A stretch of 64,000 bases of DNA from a virus (lineage: Duplodnaviria; Caudoviricetes), in the IMG/VR virus record IMGVR_UViG_3300025437_000009. One strand, 5' to 3'. The first letter of the stretch is position 1, and each line of letters begins with the position of its first letter. The notes below the pieces were generated by a model. That model did no database searches. It had not been told where the DNA came from and saw nothing but the letters and a program-made list of their open reading frames with translations. Of the stretch, positions 56,023 through 64,000 are shown one piece after another. Position numbers and translations under genes: made by a program.

Positions 56023-57102
56023 ATGAAACGAGCTGTACTCTGCGTACCCAATCCACAAGACTATATTGATCAATGCAACAATTATAGCATCATGATCATT
56101 AATCCTCAAGCACCTGTTGCTCGAAATCAATACCTATTGGCCAAAAGCGACTACAGTCTATTGATCACAGAACATGGTGTGGAAGAACGTGACGGGCAAG
56201 ACTACCCAAATGAACGTTTACTTTGGTATACTAGCGGAACTACAGGTGACAGTAAATTTTGCAGTTTTAGTCAGGAACAATTAGACATACTGGCACGTAA
56301 AATCTGCAACACTTATCAAATTACAGCCAATGATCGATATGTGAGTATTATGAGTCTATGGCACGCACACGGACAGGGCTTTTACTGGGCTACCCGACTA
56401 GCTGGTTGTGAAACTCATTTTTTATCAGTTGCAAATATTCGGCACATGCCAGAATTTGATCCCACATTTGTTACTGCTATACCCGATGTACTAAAGACTA
56501 TTGGACAGTTTGATTTTAAAAGCCTACGTTTCCTACGTGGTGCTAGTTCAGCTCTTCCTAATCAATTGTATCTTGATCTAAAACACAAATTTGGGGTTCC
56601 TGTAATAGAAGCATTTGGCATGACCGAAGCACTGAGTCACTGTTTTACTAACCCTTTAGATGGAGAACAGCGCATAGGTACTGTGGGACTACCAGATGGC
56701 ATAGAAGCTGATATAGTCGAAGGACGTTTATATATTAGTGGCGCTACTGTTTTTACTGATGGTTGGTACGATACCGGAGATCTAGCTGATAGAGATGAAC
56801 AAGGCTACTATCGTATACTAGGACGGCATCGTGATCAAATCAATGTTCGCGGGATTAAAGTAAATCCTATTAGTATTGAAAATCAATTAGTACACTCAAT
56901 TCCAACTATAGGTGACTGTGCAGTATTTGGCAGTGACAGTTTAAAGTGTATCTATACAGGAGATACTGATCCCGAGGTAGTTAGAAAATTTTTGATCAGT
57001 TTAGGACAACAATGCAAACCCATGCTACTACAACACGTGGCTCAAATACCAGTTAGTCCTTCGGGGAAGATTTCAAGGACTTGGCTCAATGGCCAATATT
57101 AA
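56023..57102 (+). CDS. Short ANL-family adenylating enzyme (acyl-CoA ligase-like)
   Basis: YTSGTTGDSK, EAFGMTE, YDTGDL, GR..D.I.VRG.KV.P..IE, C-terminal PSGKI. Confidence 0.88.
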   Translation: MKRAVLCVPNPQDYIDQCNNYSIMIINPQAPVARNQYLLAKSDYSLLITEHGVEERDGQDYPNERLLWYTSGTTGDSKFCSFSQEQLDILARKICNTYQITANDRYVSIMSLWHAHGQGFYWATRLAGCETHFLSVANIRHMPEFDPTFVTAIPDVLKTIGQFDFKSLRFLRGASSALPNQLYLDLKHKFGVPVIEAFGMTEALSHCFTNPLDGEQRIGTVGLPDGIEADIVEGRLYISGATVFTDGWYDTGDLADRDEQGYYRILGRHRDQINVRGIKVNPISIENQLVHSIPTIGDCAVFGSDSLKCIYTGDTDPEVVRKFLISLGQQCKPMLLQHVAQIPVSPSGKISRTWLNGQY

Positions 57103-57667
57103 GTAGTCTTAGATCGGGATACGGGTAGGCTTTTGGCGATTCTGCTACCTGTGGTAGTCGTTCTAAACCTAGTTGACAAGTTTCTAAAGTAGGACAATAG
57201 TGGTAACCTTGACTGAATGTCTTTTGATCTTGCCAAGGAGTGATACGTAAATCTCTACCATCACTACGCATACGACTCAATGCTTCATACGCAGTCGAAT
57301 CATCTAATAGTATAGCACCAGCTTTGCCTAGCTCTAGAGGTTTACCGTGACCAAAGCTCAGACATTGCATAGCACCCGGCCGATACATACCACGTTCTAG
57401 TCTACGGGCACTATCCCAGATGTTGGTTTTATAAAATTCATATTCACCCGTCCATTCGTCATCTGTTAGGCGATAATGAATGTTTAATTGATTCAACAGT
57501 TGGGGAATACTAAGATATGTCTGTGCGGGGAATTGGCAGTATCTGACTCGACGGTATCTAAAACACAGTTCAAGAGCATGAGTGCAACCATCAGTTGCCA
57601 CTGCATAGGGAGCACCGGTATATTCAGCTAGTGCAGATTCAAAGTCGAATAGTGTTTGGAAACTCAT
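57086..57667 (-). CDS. Compact DegT/DnrJ-like PLP aminotransferase
   Basis: FESALAEYTGAPYAVATDGCTHAL, IWDSA, SFGHGKPLELG..G; only 193 aa. Confidence 0.75.
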   Translation of the reverse strand: MSFQTLFDFESALAEYTGAPYAVATDGCTHALELCFRYRRVRYCQFPAQTYLSIPQLLNQLNIHYRLTDDEWTGEYEFYKTNIWDSARRLERGMYRPGAMQCLSFGHGKPLELGKAGAILLDDSTAYEALSRMRSDGRDLRITPWQDQKTFSQGYHYCPTLETCQLGLERLPQVAESPKAYPYPDLRLLNIGH

Positions 57668-58023
57668 TCTGATAGGTGATCTTTTTTGATTTCACGTACT
57701 GAGCACCCTAGTTTTTCTGCTATTAGATTTTTAAGTGCCACACGACGATTATTATGATCACGGATACTAATAGCACGACGTCCAATTTCTTCTAGACTTA
57801 ATTCAGCTTCTCGACCAGTTTTAAGTTCTGCTTCTAAATCCCAAATCTCATGGTGTATTTGTTTGAGTTGCTCGTATTCATCTACGATAAGACTAATGTC
57901 AATACGTAAGGCTTGATTCATGTACCATAACAATTCTTCTTCATTGGCTTTAGTACGTTTAAATTTTACTTCTGCAATAGCTAGTCTATCAACTAGTTCG
58001 ATAATAGGAAATACGGGGGTCAT
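57664..58023 (-). CDS. Hypothetical protein (DUF6165-like)
   Basis: ELVDRLAI..VK...IWDLE...A..IRD.N.RR..LK. Confidence 0.6.
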   Translation of the reverse strand: MTPVFPIIELVDRLAIAEVKFKRTKANEEELLWYMNQALRIDISLIVDEYEQLKQIHHEIWDLEAELKTGREAELSLEEIGRRAISIRDHNNRRVALKNLIAEKLGCSVREIKKDHLSE

Positions 58024-58026
58024 TGG

Positions 58027-58236
58027 TTATTGATCGTTTTCTGGCTGTCCGCCTGTACAAGATCCGCCTTCAAACCAAAGCCCTTGGGCTTCTTTTTGAT
58101 ATTGTGCTAGATCATATTCGTCTTTTTTACGCTTATACTCATCTTCAGTGAGAGCATGCCACCCACAGCACTTACCTATTGGGCTACGGCCGCAACCACA
58201 GCCACCAAAATTATCGTTACTTGTTCTTACTTGCAT
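58027..58236 (-). CDS. CDGSH-like Fe-S/Zn-binding small protein
   Basis: CGCGRSPIGKCCGWH resembles CxCx2Sx3PxCDGSH. Confidence 0.55.
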   Translation of the reverse strand: MQVRTSNDNFGGCGCGRSPIGKCCGWHALTEDEYKRKKDEYDLAQYQKEAQGLWFEGGSCTGGQPENDQ

Positions 58237-58456
58237 TTTTTAATTTCCAAATGGTTTCTTTAGCTTCTTGCAAATCTGTAAAAAGACTATCGTTTAGATT
58301 TTTAGCAACAGCTAGTTCTTCTCGAAGTTTTTGTTCACTATCTGTAATTTTTGGAGTTTCATTTTTGTCACTAACTCTACCAGCAACAAACCCGCAAAAA
58401 AGTGCAACAACAAATAATAATACGCTCATTGAGGTTTCTCCTTTAATCCTCGCCAT
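58217..58456 (-). CDS. Small membrane-anchored coiled-coil protein
   Basis: Hydrophobic N-terminus; true start probably MSVLLF. Confidence 0.6.
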   Translation of the reverse strand: MARIKGETSMSVLLFVVALFCGFVAGRVSDKNETPKITDSEQKLREELAVAKNLNDSLFTDLQEAKETIWKLKNASKNK

Positions 58457-58629
58457 TTTTCAATTTTTATTACTGTTTCCCAGCCCTTTTTCTTGGACCA
58501 AGTTTCTCTGTGCGGCCAAGGCCAATGTGCAGTCATTACATCATACTCGCCTTCGTTGACTGGATCGACGTCGCCAGGAAACCAATCGGTTAATAAGGAT
58601 TCAAGATCTTCGGTGGTAAAGGTTGTCAC
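58426..58629 (-). CDS. Hypothetical protein
   Basis: TDWFP...PV.EG.Y...W.....W....WRGL motif. Confidence 0.65.
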   Translation of the reverse strand: MTTFTTEDLESLLTDWFPGDVDPVNEGEYDVMTAHWPWPHRETWSKKKGWETVIKIEKWRGLKEKPQ

Positions 58630-58630
58630 A

Positions 58631-59836
58631 TTAATCCTCTAACTGAATAAATTCTTGTCTAAGTTCTTCCAGTGCGGCATTCATACCAGCAATAAACTCT
58701 TGTTTTTCGGTCTGGGTAATACAATATTTCTCACGATTGGCCTGACCTTCTTTGGTGTCTGGATCGTAATCAATAAATGAGAACTCGGTGCCATCACAAT
58801 CAGGGCAATGATCGTTATAATCGTCATCGGTCCTGCGTTCCTCACTCATACCTGTCCACCCACACTTTTTGTTGTCGCAGATGAGATCTGGCGGCTCAGG
58901 TGGTTGGTTGGCCCAGTTGCTAGTGTCCCAGTTGTATCCAGACCAGCGATCCACACTGGTGATAGGGTTGAACTTGCCAAATTCCCATTCACCAAAGTTG
59001 TTGCCATCCCAGTATAGGCTACCATGGGTAGTACCAAAATGACTCCATACAGCATTGTAATATCCTGGATATACCGGCTTGTGTTTGGCAAACTTAAAGG
59101 TGACAGACCTTTCCCAACTGGCCGGACTGGTGCCGTATTCTGGATGTCCCCAATCCTTCTCTCCGGGTTCATAGCGTTCAAAGTTGCCTTCGTCGTCAAT
59201 CATCCGTACCATATTAAACTCACTGCTCTTGCCGTCGGTTGAGCCGCCCCAATTGTCGATGTCTTCGCCATCATAGCTGATACCATGTACAATCTCTTCG
59301 TCGTCAAAGTCGGAAATATGTAAGGTTAATTTTTCAATATCAAATGGTGCTGTAAGTTCTAGTTCAGCTTCAAAGAATGTACCTTTTTCGTTTGAACTTC
59401 CTACAAACACAACTTCGCCTTTTTTGCGACTTCCAATCCAAACTTCATCATCGGTGTCGAGCTGTGCGCTATCATCACAGCCATCAAACTCTTCCAGACT
59501 TTTCTCAAGTACTGTATCACCGTTCTCATCTTCAATCTGTAAGGTGCCAGCATCACGACTAACACCGTGAACATGACCCATGCTGTCGCATTCGTACCAC
59601 GATCCTGGGTAGAACGGCAACTGGTCAGGATCAAGACCCATGTTTTCAGCGGCATCACTATCCCAAGCCAAATCGCTGAGATCTACTTGATGTTCCATGC
59701 AGTAATCCCATACCTTGGGATCCACTGTGCCCATGACCTTTTCGCCACCGTAGCCCCACATAGAGATTTTATAAGTACGTGGTGTAAATTTAAGAACTTC
59801 AATTAGTTGTTCTGCTGTGATATCTTTAGTTGCCAT
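58631..59836 (-). CDS. Acidic hypothetical protein with C-terminal Zn ribbon
   Basis: Very Asp/Glu-rich; CDNKKCGW...CPDC. Confidence 0.75.
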   Translation of the reverse strand: MATKDITAEQLIEVLKFTPRTYKISMWGYGGEKVMGTVDPKVWDYCMEHQVDLSDLAWDSDAAENMGLDPDQLPFYPGSWYECDSMGHVHGVSRDAGTLQIEDENGDTVLEKSLEEFDGCDDSAQLDTDDEVWIGSRKKGEVVFVGSSNEKGTFFEAELELTAPFDIEKLTLHISDFDDEEIVHGISYDGEDIDNWGGSTDGKSSEFNMVRMIDDEGNFERYEPGEKDWGHPEYGTSPASWERSVTFKFAKHKPVYPGYYNAVWSHFGTTHGSLYWDGNNFGEWEFGKFNPITSVDRWSGYNWDTSNWANQPPEPPDLICDNKKCGWTGMSEERRTDDDYNDHCPDCDGTEFSFIDYDPDTKEGQANREKYCITQTEKQEFIAGMNAALEELRQEFIQLED

Positions 59837-59841
59837 TTTTT

Positions 59842-60090
59842 TTACCTATTTAGAGTTGACCAAGTGAGCCATTCCTTAAAAGCATTATACACTTCTTTGA
59901 CTTCTTTGTCATCCTGTTCGAGTTTCACGCCACGTACATAAAAGCCATCTTCGGCTACACGTAGCATTTCGGTTTCTCCTGAACATAGAGTAATATCGTT
60001 TTTTGGAGAAGTGAATACAACAGGCTTGGTATTAACGGCATTAGCCTTAACCATATTTTGATACCAAACCGGGTCAGTATTTACGCTCAT
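59842..60090 (-). CDS. Hypothetical protein
   Basis: EMLRV..DGFYVRGVKL motif. Confidence 0.65.
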   Translation of the reverse strand: MSVNTDPVWYQNMVKANAVNTKPVVFTSPKNDITLCSGETEMLRVAEDGFYVRGVKLEQDDKEVKEVYNAFKEWLTWSTLNR

Positions 60091-60093
60091 ATG

Positions 60094-61191
60094 TTATTTT
60101 CCGAGATTAATTAATAACTTGTCGGCACTAAAGAACTCTTGAGTCAACATGTCTGTTTGTTTTTGTAAAATTGGTAGTAGCACATCGTATTCTTCCATAT
60201 ACTGTTTAATTTTATTGCAAAGGAAGGGTTTGTACACTTCATAAGAACTATAGCTGTCAGTCCATTCTGAAGGATATTTAAATGCATCAAGAGCCATTTC
60301 TTGATAGCTCAAACGATCAGGAACCAATGGAATAGCATCGACTAAACAGCCTTCATACCAACTAATACCTAGGGTTTCTTGAAGATTAGCTGAAAATACT
60401 ATTTTTGCTTGACCCAATAAGGTATGATATTGATCTTTGGTTAGCGTTTGGTCTTGACAAACAACAAATTCATATTGCGGTAAGTCACGTGCTAGGTCTC
60501 TAAAAATTTCTACTTGTTTTTCTGGAGCAATACGGTGTGGGAAAAGGATGAGATCTCGTTTGGCAATTCCCTTGTATGGAGCAAGCGTGTCCTGCATATA
60601 CTCCATAGGCCAGCCTGAACGCACAATCTTTTTGTTCATGAATAGTGATGCTTTATCTTCACTAGCCCAAGGATTTTCGCTTTTAACCCCATTCTCTAAC
60701 AGGTTATCAACAAACATATTGATGTGAAAGTCAGTAGCAAAATAGTTGTGATCAAACGAGTGAAAGAAACTCTTTTCAGCATGTCTAACCCAAGGTGCAT
60801 CGCCAATCAATCTACCTAAGAAATCTTGAGGATCATATGAGCCAGCATGCCATAGTCCGTGTGTAGTCACTAGAATGTTCAGCAACTCACTCATGTATTT
60901 TAAGTTGATGATACCAGGATGCCAAGCATCAGTAAAGATAAAATGATCGCCAGACTGAACTGCTCCGGCACAAAATAGACGACCCAACTGTTCCACTTGG
61001 TTAGCTTTGTATATATTAGTACCACCAAAGTTAAGGAAAGCACCAGGGGTAGTGGCACTGGGAATGTCTGTAGGTCCTGCAATAACTTGAACATCATGTC
61101 CTGCCTTTCGTAGAAGATCGGGTACATGGCTCTTCCACTGGCCAGTGTACCTAGTTTCAACACTTTCTAAATCAATTAAAAATACTGTCAT
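60094..61191 (-). CDS. GT-B-fold glycosyltransferase, possibly acting on DNA
   Basis: D.FIFTDAWHPG, HAGSYDP.DFLG, LFPHRIAPEKQ, FSANLQETLGISWYEG. Confidence 0.7.
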   Translation of the reverse strand: MTVFLIDLESVETRYTGQWKSHVPDLLRKAGHDVQVIAGPTDIPSATTPGAFLNFGGTNIYKANQVEQLGRLFCAGAVQSGDHFIFTDAWHPGIINLKYMSELLNILVTTHGLWHAGSYDPQDFLGRLIGDAPWVRHAEKSFFHSFDHNYFATDFHINMFVDNLLENGVKSENPWASEDKASLFMNKKIVRSGWPMEYMQDTLAPYKGIAKRDLILFPHRIAPEKQVEIFRDLARDLPQYEFVVCQDQTLTKDQYHTLLGQAKIVFSANLQETLGISWYEGCLVDAIPLVPDRLSYQEMALDAFKYPSEWTDSYSSYEVYKPFLCNKIKQYMEEYDVLLPILQKQTDMLTQEFFSADKLLINLGK

Positions 61192-61640
61192 TTTCCAATA
61201 GTAATAGTTGCTGGATTTAGTGTACTATCGTTTTCAACATCTGTCAAATTAAATGTAGTACTAGAGCTAGTGTATGGTCCAGATGGGATAGTGCCCCACG
61301 GACTACCTGGATTAGCATATGGGCTATAGGGACTGCCCGGACCTGGCATGTATGGATTTACTGTGGGAGGTATGTAAGAATTTCTCTGTCTAACTTCATT
61401 CTCCACATTTGCCAGTCTGGAACGAATGCTCTTTAAATCTTCCTGCATTTGACGTAGTGGACCGTGACTGGTTTCTACTGCCATACGTCCATCGTCTTGT
61501 GGGCGTGTTAGCTCAATAATAGTTAGCAATCCACGTAAGGCACTTTGTACACGTTCGTCCTTGCTGGTCATTGCTTCATCTAAATACGCAAACATGCGTT
61601 CTATTTCATAATCTGCTTGGGTTTTCTCTCGCATACTCAT
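61188..61640 (-). CDS. Hypothetical protein
   Basis: Coiled coil plus Pro-rich tail. Confidence 0.65.
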   Translation of the reverse strand: MSMREKTQADYEIERMFAYLDEAMTSKDERVQSALRGLLTIIELTRPQDDGRMAVETSHGPLRQMQEDLKSIRSRLANVENEVRQRNSYIPPTVNPYMPGPGSPYSPYANPGSPWGTIPSGPYTSSSTTFNLTDVENDSTLNPATITIGK

Positions 61641-61643
61641 GTG

Positions 61644-61781
61644 TTACTCTTTGTAAATTTGGAATAAACTTTGAAATGGAATACTGTAAACAGAAAATCT
61701 AATAGCACTGGTTAGTGTGCTAAAAGATTTTCTAATTTTGCGACCACTTGAAATGTAGTAGCTGACTGTATAATTAGTCAC
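61644..61781 (-). CDS. Possible small protein (45 aa, GTG start)
   Basis: Fills the gap and overlaps the upstream stop. Confidence 0.4.
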   Translation of the reverse strand: MTNYTVSYYISSGRKIRKSFSTLTSAIRFSVYSIPFQSLFQIYKE

Positions 61782-62037
61782 GTGGTTTCCAACTAGTATC
61801 GCGAGGTTTAAAATCCTTGCGATCACGTTTAGGAGTACGCCATTGATCCCAAGGTTCACGACCACGAACCATTTTCATGTATTCGCTATAAGGGCCACGA
61901 TCCTTATAAAGATCACGTTCGTCATATGAATAACCATAATCTCGACAGAATTGATGATATACTTCTAAATCATCAAAGATCTGCTTGACTTCGGGTTTCA
62001 TACGAAGATACTTGGTGAGCCATTCTGGTTTGGCCAT
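61774..62037 (-). CDS. Hypothetical protein
   Basis: AGGAG RBS. Confidence 0.7.
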   Translation of the reverse strand: MAKPEWLTKYLRMKPEVKQIFDDLEVYHQFCRDYGYSYDERDLYKDRGPYSEYMKMVRGREPWDQWRTPKRDRKDFKPRDTSWKPRD

Positions 62038-62049
62038 TTTACTACTCCT

Positions 62050-62493
62050 TTAAATTACGATTGATTGAGCAGGACGGGTGAGGTTATAATCAATTGAGCA
62101 TCCGTTTTCACCGTCCTCGGATACTTCAATTGTTACAGCACGATCAGGATAACGTGCAGCAATTTGTACATACAAGTCATCTGCCATCATCTCGCAGGAT
62201 TTCCAGTCGAGCGCCAGCACACCGTCTTGATACAGATTAACGAGCCAGCGTTTGAACTGGATGAATTCAATATCTCGGTCGTTGTGGAACACATCGATAG
62301 AAACACGGAAATGAAACATATGACGATGAGGGCTAGCCAAAAACGATACATCATATTCTCCTGCGGTATTCAAGTTGGGGTCTGTGGCTGCCGCTGGATA
62401 GCAGTGGATGCCTTCTTTTTCAAACGTGACCCAAATCTGTCGTTGGGCCGCGGCCATTATTCTATCTACTACTGCACGTTGTTCTTGATTCAT
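62050..62493 (-). CDS. QueD-like T-fold protein (DpdL-like)
   Basis: FLASPHRHMFHF (LxxxHRHxF), DRDIEFI, SCEMMA, VSEDGENG. Confidence 0.65.
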   Translation of the reverse strand: MNQEQRAVVDRIMAAAQRQIWVTFEKEGIHCYPAAATDPNLNTAGEYDVSFLASPHRHMFHFRVSIDVFHNDRDIEFIQFKRWLVNLYQDGVLALDWKSCEMMADDLYVQIAARYPDRAVTIEVSEDGENGCSIDYNLTRPAQSIVI

Positions 62494-62494
62494 G

Positions 62495-63073
62495 TTATTC
62501 AAAGTCAAAGAGTTTAAGAGAATCTCTCATAGAAGAGATGATGAGTATTTGCTTCATTGCTGTATTAGTGATACGATATCTGTAGGAGTTAGGATGATTA
62601 AACCCATCAAATACCGCCCACCTGTTACTACTAGTAATAGTTTTTGTACGCACACCTGCAACAAGTTGCCGGCGTAAATCTTCATAAGCATCTTTTAGTT
62701 TGCTTTGAATTTCTGGTAAGGCCATATCTACAATTTTTACATCGGCAACTTCTCTAAATACCGGATCCCATGTTACTTGATTTTGATTTTGTACCTTAGG
62801 ATAAAAACCGGTTTCTTCCCAAACAGGGGTAGCAATAATATCGGAAATGGTCATCGACCCAACGGTATGATTGGCATTACTGCCTTTCTTACGAGTCTTG
62901 TTATCAATGTTATATTCGGGCATGTCGACACGACCTTTGGAATCGATTGTGTGACCCTTACGCATCATTTCTGCGTCTACCCATTGTCCTACATCACAGT
63001 CATTACGTACTTCCGGTAATGGTGCAAGTTTTTCAATGTTATCTTTAATAACACTTACTCGGGCTTGTTTCAT
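62495..63073 (-). CDS. Hypothetical protein, possible PD-(D/E)xK nuclease
   Basis: G.WVD...VDMPEYNIDNKTRK; weak motif only. Confidence 0.55.
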   Translation of the reverse strand: MKQARVSVIKDNIEKLAPLPEVRNDCDVGQWVDAEMMRKGHTIDSKGRVDMPEYNIDNKTRKKGSNANHTVGSMTISDIIATPVWEETGFYPKVQNQNQVTWDPVFREVADVKIVDMALPEIQSKLKDAYEDLRRQLVAGVRTKTITSSNRWAVFDGFNHPNSYRYRITNTAMKQILIISSMRDSLKLFDFE

Positions 63074-63582
63074 TTGATTACTTCGTCTTTAGTGTACTTC
63101 GACCAATCCGTAAATACCTTACGGTCCCTTAATTCATGTAAACTGTGACACCAAATACCTGGGTTAGTAGCCGCATAGTCTTTGTCATCGAGCTTAATTG
63201 TAGCATTATATCCCAGCAGTTGTATATAGGGCAATTTCACCGAAATCATTGGGATAAAGTTATTGAATTCTGTCAATCGACCACTGGTTATCTGTTCTAC
63301 GTTAGCAACATCAAAGTCTAAGGTACATAACCAACCTGCTTCTAAGCAGTCAGTGATCATCATTTCCCAATCCTGCATTTCATCTGAGTCCATATCCGAC
63401 TGAGGAAAACTTTGATTAGCACCAAAATAAATGTGTGTGCAATTATTGTTTTTAGCTTCTTGCTGAATAATTTGACTGTCTTGAATACCAACCACAAACA
63501 GAGTTTGATGCCCAAATGCTGGTGAGTGTTCAACTTCTGTGCCAGTAAAAAATTCTATTTCATCGTGCCCAGGTCTATCCAT
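63070..63582 (-). CDS. Hypothetical protein in the deazaguanine neighbourhood
   Basis: FTGTEVEH.P..G..TLFVVG, CTHIYFGANQSF, D..ATNPG.WCH. Confidence 0.7.
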   Translation of the reverse strand: MDRPGHDEIEFFTGTEVEHSPAFGHQTLFVVGIQDSQIIQQEAKNNNCTHIYFGANQSFPQSDMDSDEMQDWEMMITDCLEAGWLCTLDFDVANVEQITSGRLTEFNNFIPMISVKLPYIQLLGYNATIKLDDKDYAATNPGIWCHSLHELRDRKVFTDWSKYTKDEVIK

Positions 63583-63772
63583 TTGCTTTTTGCTCTCTAA
63601 ATTCTAATTCAGATTTAAGTTTAACAATATTATCTTTAATATGCAACCTTTGTTGTTTCAATTTATGTAGATGCTCGTCATTAAATTTGCCTGTAGATTC
63701 CATGCCATCAATCTTTTTATCGATCTCTGCGTGTTCTTTTTCTAAATGTGCAATACGTCCTAAGAGTGTCAT
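63575..63772 (-). CDS. DUF465/YdcH-like small coiled-coil protein
   Basis: L.KEH.EIDKKI...L..LK..RL.IKD.I. Confidence 0.7.
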   Translation of the reverse strand: MTLLGRIAHLEKEHAEIDKKIDGMESTGKFNDEHLHKLKQQRLHIKDNIVKLKSELEFREQKANG

Positions 63773-63999
63773 TCTTCCCCCAAATGATCAAGTTTAGTTT
63801 CATCAAATCCAGAATCATCAATATGATGTTCTTCTTCCTCGTCTACTTCGCCTTCTACTACAAATAACTGGTCAAACATAGCGGAACCATTAATGGCTTT
63901 TGTACCTTTATTTCCACGGGTACCAATGATTTCAGTCCAGTACTTACTGTAGCCATCAACAATCTCCATACTTTTTTCTTTAGTGGGTGCTGCAAAGAT
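63769..63999 (-). CDS. 3' end of a gene starting beyond the window; possibly DpdA/TGT-like
   Basis: Frame is open to the window edge (IFAAPTKEKSMEIVDGYSKYW.EIIGTRG..G...F..LF, acidic tail). Identity inferred from neighbourhood and recollection only. Confidence 0.4.
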   Translation of the reverse strand: MFAAPTKEKSMEIVDGYSKYWTEIIGTRGNKGTKAINGSAMFDQLFVVEGEVDEEEEHHIDDSGFDETKLDHLGEE

Positions 64000-64000
64000 A

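Noticed and set aside
61692-61733. 15-bp interrupted hairpin AGAAAATCT-TAGCAC/GTGCTA-AGATTTTCT
   Set aside because: It probably lies inside a small ORF (61644..61781), is AT-rich and lacks a clear U-tract; I could not assign it as a terminator or ncRNA.
1-64000. Many short opposite-strand or alternate-frame ORFs in the track (e.g. 473..661, 1717..1986, 9317..9583, 35269..35724, 58808..59242)
   Set aside because: They lie wholly inside longer motif-bearing genes, lack an RBS and show no recognisable motifs; they are shadow ORFs.
1-64000. tRNA, rRNA or CRISPR arrays
   Set aside because: Intergenic gaps are short; I saw no cloverleaf with T/D-loop consensus and no regularly spaced direct repeats. 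A tRNAscan/CRT run would confirm.
1-64000. Stop-codon reassignment, as in some large phages
   Set aside because: Recognisable genes are full length under code 11 and end in all three stops (e.g. thyA TGA, 23243..24082 TAG, folE TAA).

Overview
This window is from a large lytic dsDNA tailed phage (jumbo/T4-superfamily-like gene content, standard genetic code, densely coding). 1-6957 (+): tail-fibre/virion genes. 7022-30930: a ~24 kb glycan-tailoring island with several glycosyltransferase-like genes, seven tandem radical SAM enzymes with auxiliary Cys clusters plus a remnant of an eighth, SGNH-fold proteins, a NodU/CmcH carbamoyltransferase, an APS-kinase/nucleotidyltransferase fusion, a DegT aminotransferase and an NDP-sugar epimerase. 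30927-64000 (mostly -): thyA, DHFR, a MoxR AAA+/vWA-zincin pair, a PlcP-like phosphoesterase plus Agt-like glycosyltransferase, a ParB-like/HNH/ABC-GNAT/GIY-YIG operon, RNase H, and a dispersed 7-deazaguanine pathway (folE, queD, queE, a QueD-like LxxxHRHxF protein, a neighbouring glycosyltransferase, and possibly the end of a DpdA/TGT-like gene at the right edge). Non-coding signals include consensus sigma70 promoters, TAAATA late-type promoters, a repeated 45-bp promoter module, hairpins that carry a promoter in the loop and an RBS in the 3' arm, and a riboswitch-like element upstream of queD. folE has a duplicated 3' end flanking an HNH cassette. I saw no tRNA, rRNA or CRISPR array. All family calls come from motifs read by eye, not from database searches.
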